From: Emiliania huxleyi CCMP1516
Lineage: Eukaryota
Assembly: GCF_000372725.1 (NCBI RefSeq)
Contig: NW_005201192.1
Coordinates: 729,597-749,596 of the forward strand
Length of the DNA: 20,000 nt
Direction: 5' to 3'
Positions 16,900 to 20,000 of the stretch are shown one piece after another (position 1 is the first letter of the stretch; each line of letters opens with the position of its first letter). Below the pieces are notes generated by a model. That model was given only the letters and a program-made list of their open reading frames with translations. It searched no databases and had not been told where the DNA came from. Both the position numbers and the translations under genes were made by a program.

Positions 16900-19800
16900 T
16901 CAACCGGCGATTGCAGCAGTCGGGCCAGCCGAGCCACCGCCGACGGCGGGCCCGCGCCGCAGCTTCGTCGGGTCCTTCGACCCCGCTTTGATGGCGCCCG
17001 GTGTCCCCTGCTTGGCTGGCGCCTTGCCAGGCGAGGACGTGAGCCTGGCAGGTGCAGAGGGCGCCGTGCCGCCGGGCGGCTCGAGCATTGAGCTCCACAC
17101 CCGAGGGACGTCGAGCTCGGGCCTCGGCTCCCGCGGCTCCATGGGCGCGCTCCCGCAAGTCGCGCCGCCGCCCGCCGACTCGTCGCGCTCCTCGAACTCG
17201 AGAGGCGGCTCCGCCTGCTCCAGCGCCCGCTCCGTCGCGACATCCAGCAAGACGTGCGCCATCGTCTTTGCCCCCTCGATCGCGCTGAGCAGCTCCTCCT
17301 CACTCCCTGCCGGGCGACCCAGCAGCGAGAGCCCAAGGCCCAGCCCCTTACCAGCGCCGTACAGCCGCATCTCGGGCGCCCACCGCACCCCCTCGCCACG
17401 GCAGAGGCGTAACGCCGCGGCCTCAGCCTCGGCCTGGCCACCGGCGGCGCCACCATCCTCTCCCTGCTCCTCGGCAGCCCCCTCTGCCTCCCCGGCCCCC
17501 GCTGCCCCCGCGGCGGCCTCCTCTTCCTGCCTCCTCCCCCCCTCCGCCGCCCCGTCCCCAGCTCCCGCTGCCTCCTCTTCCTGCCTCGCCTCCGCCTCCG
17601 CCTCCGCCTCCGCCTCCGCCTCCGCCTCCGCCTCCACCTCGGCCACCGCGTCGCTCAGCATCGAGACGAGCTCCGACCACACCGGCAGTGAACGGCCCTG
17701 CGAGCGCGCCAGCCTCCTCGAGCGTGTCGCGACGTCGAGCGCGCTCCTGCCGGTGAGTGCGCTGCCGCCCTTCTTAACAACGCGCGACACGTTTGCGCCG
17801 TGACGGAGTAGGAGCGCGGCCACGCGGCTCGCCTCCTCCCCAGAGCTGCGCATCGACTCGAGACTGACAGCAACCATGAGCGGCGTGGCGCCGTGCAAGT
17901 TGGGCGCGTCGGGGTCTGCGCCGCGGCGCAGGAGCAGCTCGAGGAGCTCGTACCGAGCCTCCGCCATCACAAGAGGGCGAGAGAGCGCGTGCAGCAAAGT
18001 GCCGCCCGACACGCGGCCAAGGGCAAGCGGCGGATACGCGCGCAAGAGCCGCCCGAGCTCCTGGCCGACGGCTTGTTTGGCCGGCTGCTGCCAGAGCCCA
18101 GAGGTGAGGCCGAAGACGAGGGCGAGCGGCGGCCTCCCCCGCTCCTCGCTGGCCGGCGCTTGCGGCGGCGGACGGTCGAACAAGCTCTCGTAGATGCGCG
18201 CGAAGTCGACATGCGAGGTGCAGCTGTTCCGGCCAAAGACCCTGAAGAGCGAAGAGGCACGCCTGCTCTTTCTGACGTTCTGCGTGTCCTCCTCCGCGTC
18301 GTCGCCTCGCCGCTCGCGCAAGTCGAGGAGCTGGCTGGACGCCTTGCCGGCGGCGAGGTCGGCCGAAGCGCCCGCCTCGCGCAGCGCGAACACCACCTCC
18401 GCCTGGCACAGCAGCGCTGCCCAGTGGAGAGGCGCGAGTCCGTCGTCGCCCTTCCCGTCGGCGGAAGCGCCGTGCTTGGTCAGCAGCCGAACCACGTCCG
18501 CCGCCCGTTCGGGCGGGTGCGCGGCGGCGGCCCACTGCAGCGGCGTCGCCCCGCTTGAGTCGCGCCCGTTGATGGCGGCAGCGCATGCAGCGGCTCGCGG
18601 CGCGTCGGCGGCGCAAGCCAGCTCGAGCAGCGACCGGATGGCGGGCACCTAGCTCGCGTGCGAGGGAGGCTCTCGGGTCAGCGCGACAAGACGCGCGGCC
18701 GCCGCGCGGATGTGAAGCCTCGGCGCGCTTCGCTCCGCTGCTCAGGAGCTCGCAGAGGCGGGGCGCAAACTCGTCAGCAGGCGCAGCGTGCAGCTCCGCC
18801 ACCAGAGCAGTGGCGTTGGGCTTGGCCGACGACTCCCTCCGCTGCCGCACGCGCCGCACGGCAGCCGCCCGCCGCTCCTCCCTCGCTGCAGCCAGTCGTC
18901 CCTCCTGCGGGCGGGCAATGGGCAGGTCGGTGGCCCCTCCCTCTCTCTCCGCTCCGCGACGGGCGCGCCTCCCGCCGACACGCCTTCTCCTCCTCTTCCA
19001 CCTCCTCGCCGTACCACTCTGCGTCTCGCTGCGCTTGCTGCTGCGCCTGCGTGAAAGCGAAGTGCTCTGCCGCCTGCTTGCCGCCGTCCGGGAAGTGCTC
19101 GTGCGAGAACCAGTACTCGTCTCCCCCCTCCTTGTCGTTCGGCTCTGTCTCGCGCGGAGAGCTGGCCGCTCCCCCCTCGGCTGGGTCGGCCGCCGGGCAC
19201 TCGACGACGCTCACGTTGATCAGCCTCGCCTCGCCGAGCAGCGCCACCGCCCCACGCGCAATGTCGCAGAGGCTGCAGTCCGGCTCCGTGAAGAGGACCA
19301 GCTGCGGCGAAGCGACGAAGTCGGCGGAGGCCGCCGCCGCTGGCGTCAGCTGGCGGAGGCCCTTGCCTCGCTGGGCGGCCGCGCGCTGGCGGCGGAGGTC
19401 GGCGGCGGCGCGGAGGGTGAAGTTGACGAGGAGCTCGGGCAGGAGCGGCTGCGGCAGAGAGGGACCGAGCTCGAGAGCGAAGCCTGAGGAGCAGCACGCC
19501 TCGCGCCTCTTGGCGGTGGGAGGCGAGAGGCGAGGCGGCGGGAGGGGGCGAGGCGCCCTTGGCTAGCGCGCGGAAGGTCGGGTGCTCCGGGACTCCGAGC
19601 TCCGTCTCGCACCAGCCGCCCGGCTTGCGAGGCACGCCGCAGCGCAGCGCGCCGACCCGCACTCTGTCGCCGAGGATCTGCGAGAGGCGGCGCGCGGCGA
19701 GCACGTAGTAGGCCTAAAGGAAGGCTCCGAGAAGGCTCATGGAAGCTCTCACGCCTGCAGCCGGCGAGGGCGTCGTAGGCCTTGTTTGCGATGCACTGGT

Positions 19801-20000
19801 GGCACCACGGCGCGAAGTACTGCACCAGCCAGAGCGGTCCCTCGCTCGCTGCGGCGGCGGCGTGGGACGTGCGGTTGAGCTCGACCACCGCCGCGTCGGT
19901 GAAGAAGCGGCGGCGATCGTCGTCGTCTTGCGCCGTGCGCCAGCTGCCCGACTTGAACTGGTCGAGGGCGGCACGCAGCTGGTCGAAGAGGAGCGCGCTG
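16900..20000 (-). CDS. 5'-partial multidomain protein: thioredoxin domain (WCHQC), second Trx/glutaredoxin-like domain (CSLC), ankyrin repeats and acidic (EA)n tail. Exons 19781->20000, 19557-19713, 18984-19483, 18719-18904, 16900-18648
   Basis: The spliced read is FFTDAAVVELNRTSH...LWLVQYFAPWCHQCIANK|AYYVLAARRLSQILGDRVRVGALRC...WCETELGVPEHPTFRAL, then QLVLFTEPDCSLCDIARGAV...VSVVEC, then the ankyrin motifs INGRDSSGATPLQWAA, DDGLAPLHWAA, GGTLLHAL, DAPNLHGATPLMVAV and GRSALDVA. Four 67-79 nt GC-AG introns restore the frame. Confidence 0.82.
17587..17640 (+). repeat. Coding hexanucleotide microsatellite (GCCTCC)n encoding (EA)n
   Basis: About 8 tandem GCCTCC units within the last exon of the ankyrin gene. 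Confidence 0.9.

Noticed and set aside
16622..19566. Long plus-strand ORFs (393, 300 and 302 aa) and similar antisense ORFs over RRP42 and ribA
   Set aside because: These are antisense shadows of GC-rich coding sequence, with low-complexity Arg/Ala/Ser translations and no motifs.

Overview
GC-rich eukaryotic genomic window. The frequent GC-AG introns and a bipartite plastid-type leader suggest a haptophyte such as Emiliania/Gephyrocapsa huxleyi; this is inference only. Genes, in order: the 3' end of a C3HC4 RING protein gene (not in the ORF track); a possible membrane-protein fragment; exosome subunit RRP42 (-); a 6-exon RibA-type gene (+) with an intact GTP cyclohydrolase II domain but a DHBP-synthase domain lacking its catalytic motifs; a Tudor-like ORF fragment; a sulfotransferase-like P-loop protein; a proline-rich single-pass surface protein with two copies of an unrecognised 6-Cys module, interrupted by a 512-N gap; and a 5'-partial gene joining two thioredoxin-fold CxxC domains to ankyrin repeats, with four predicted GC-AG introns. 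Intergenic DNA is dense in mobile-element traces: two MITEs, a possible 1.8-kb hAT-like element inside the RRP42/RibA divergent promoter, three copies of a (TTTA)n-tailed retroposon end (two with TSDs), perfect 34-36 bp palindromes and a ~330-385 bp direct repeat. All exon models were derived by hand and need RNA-seq confirmation.
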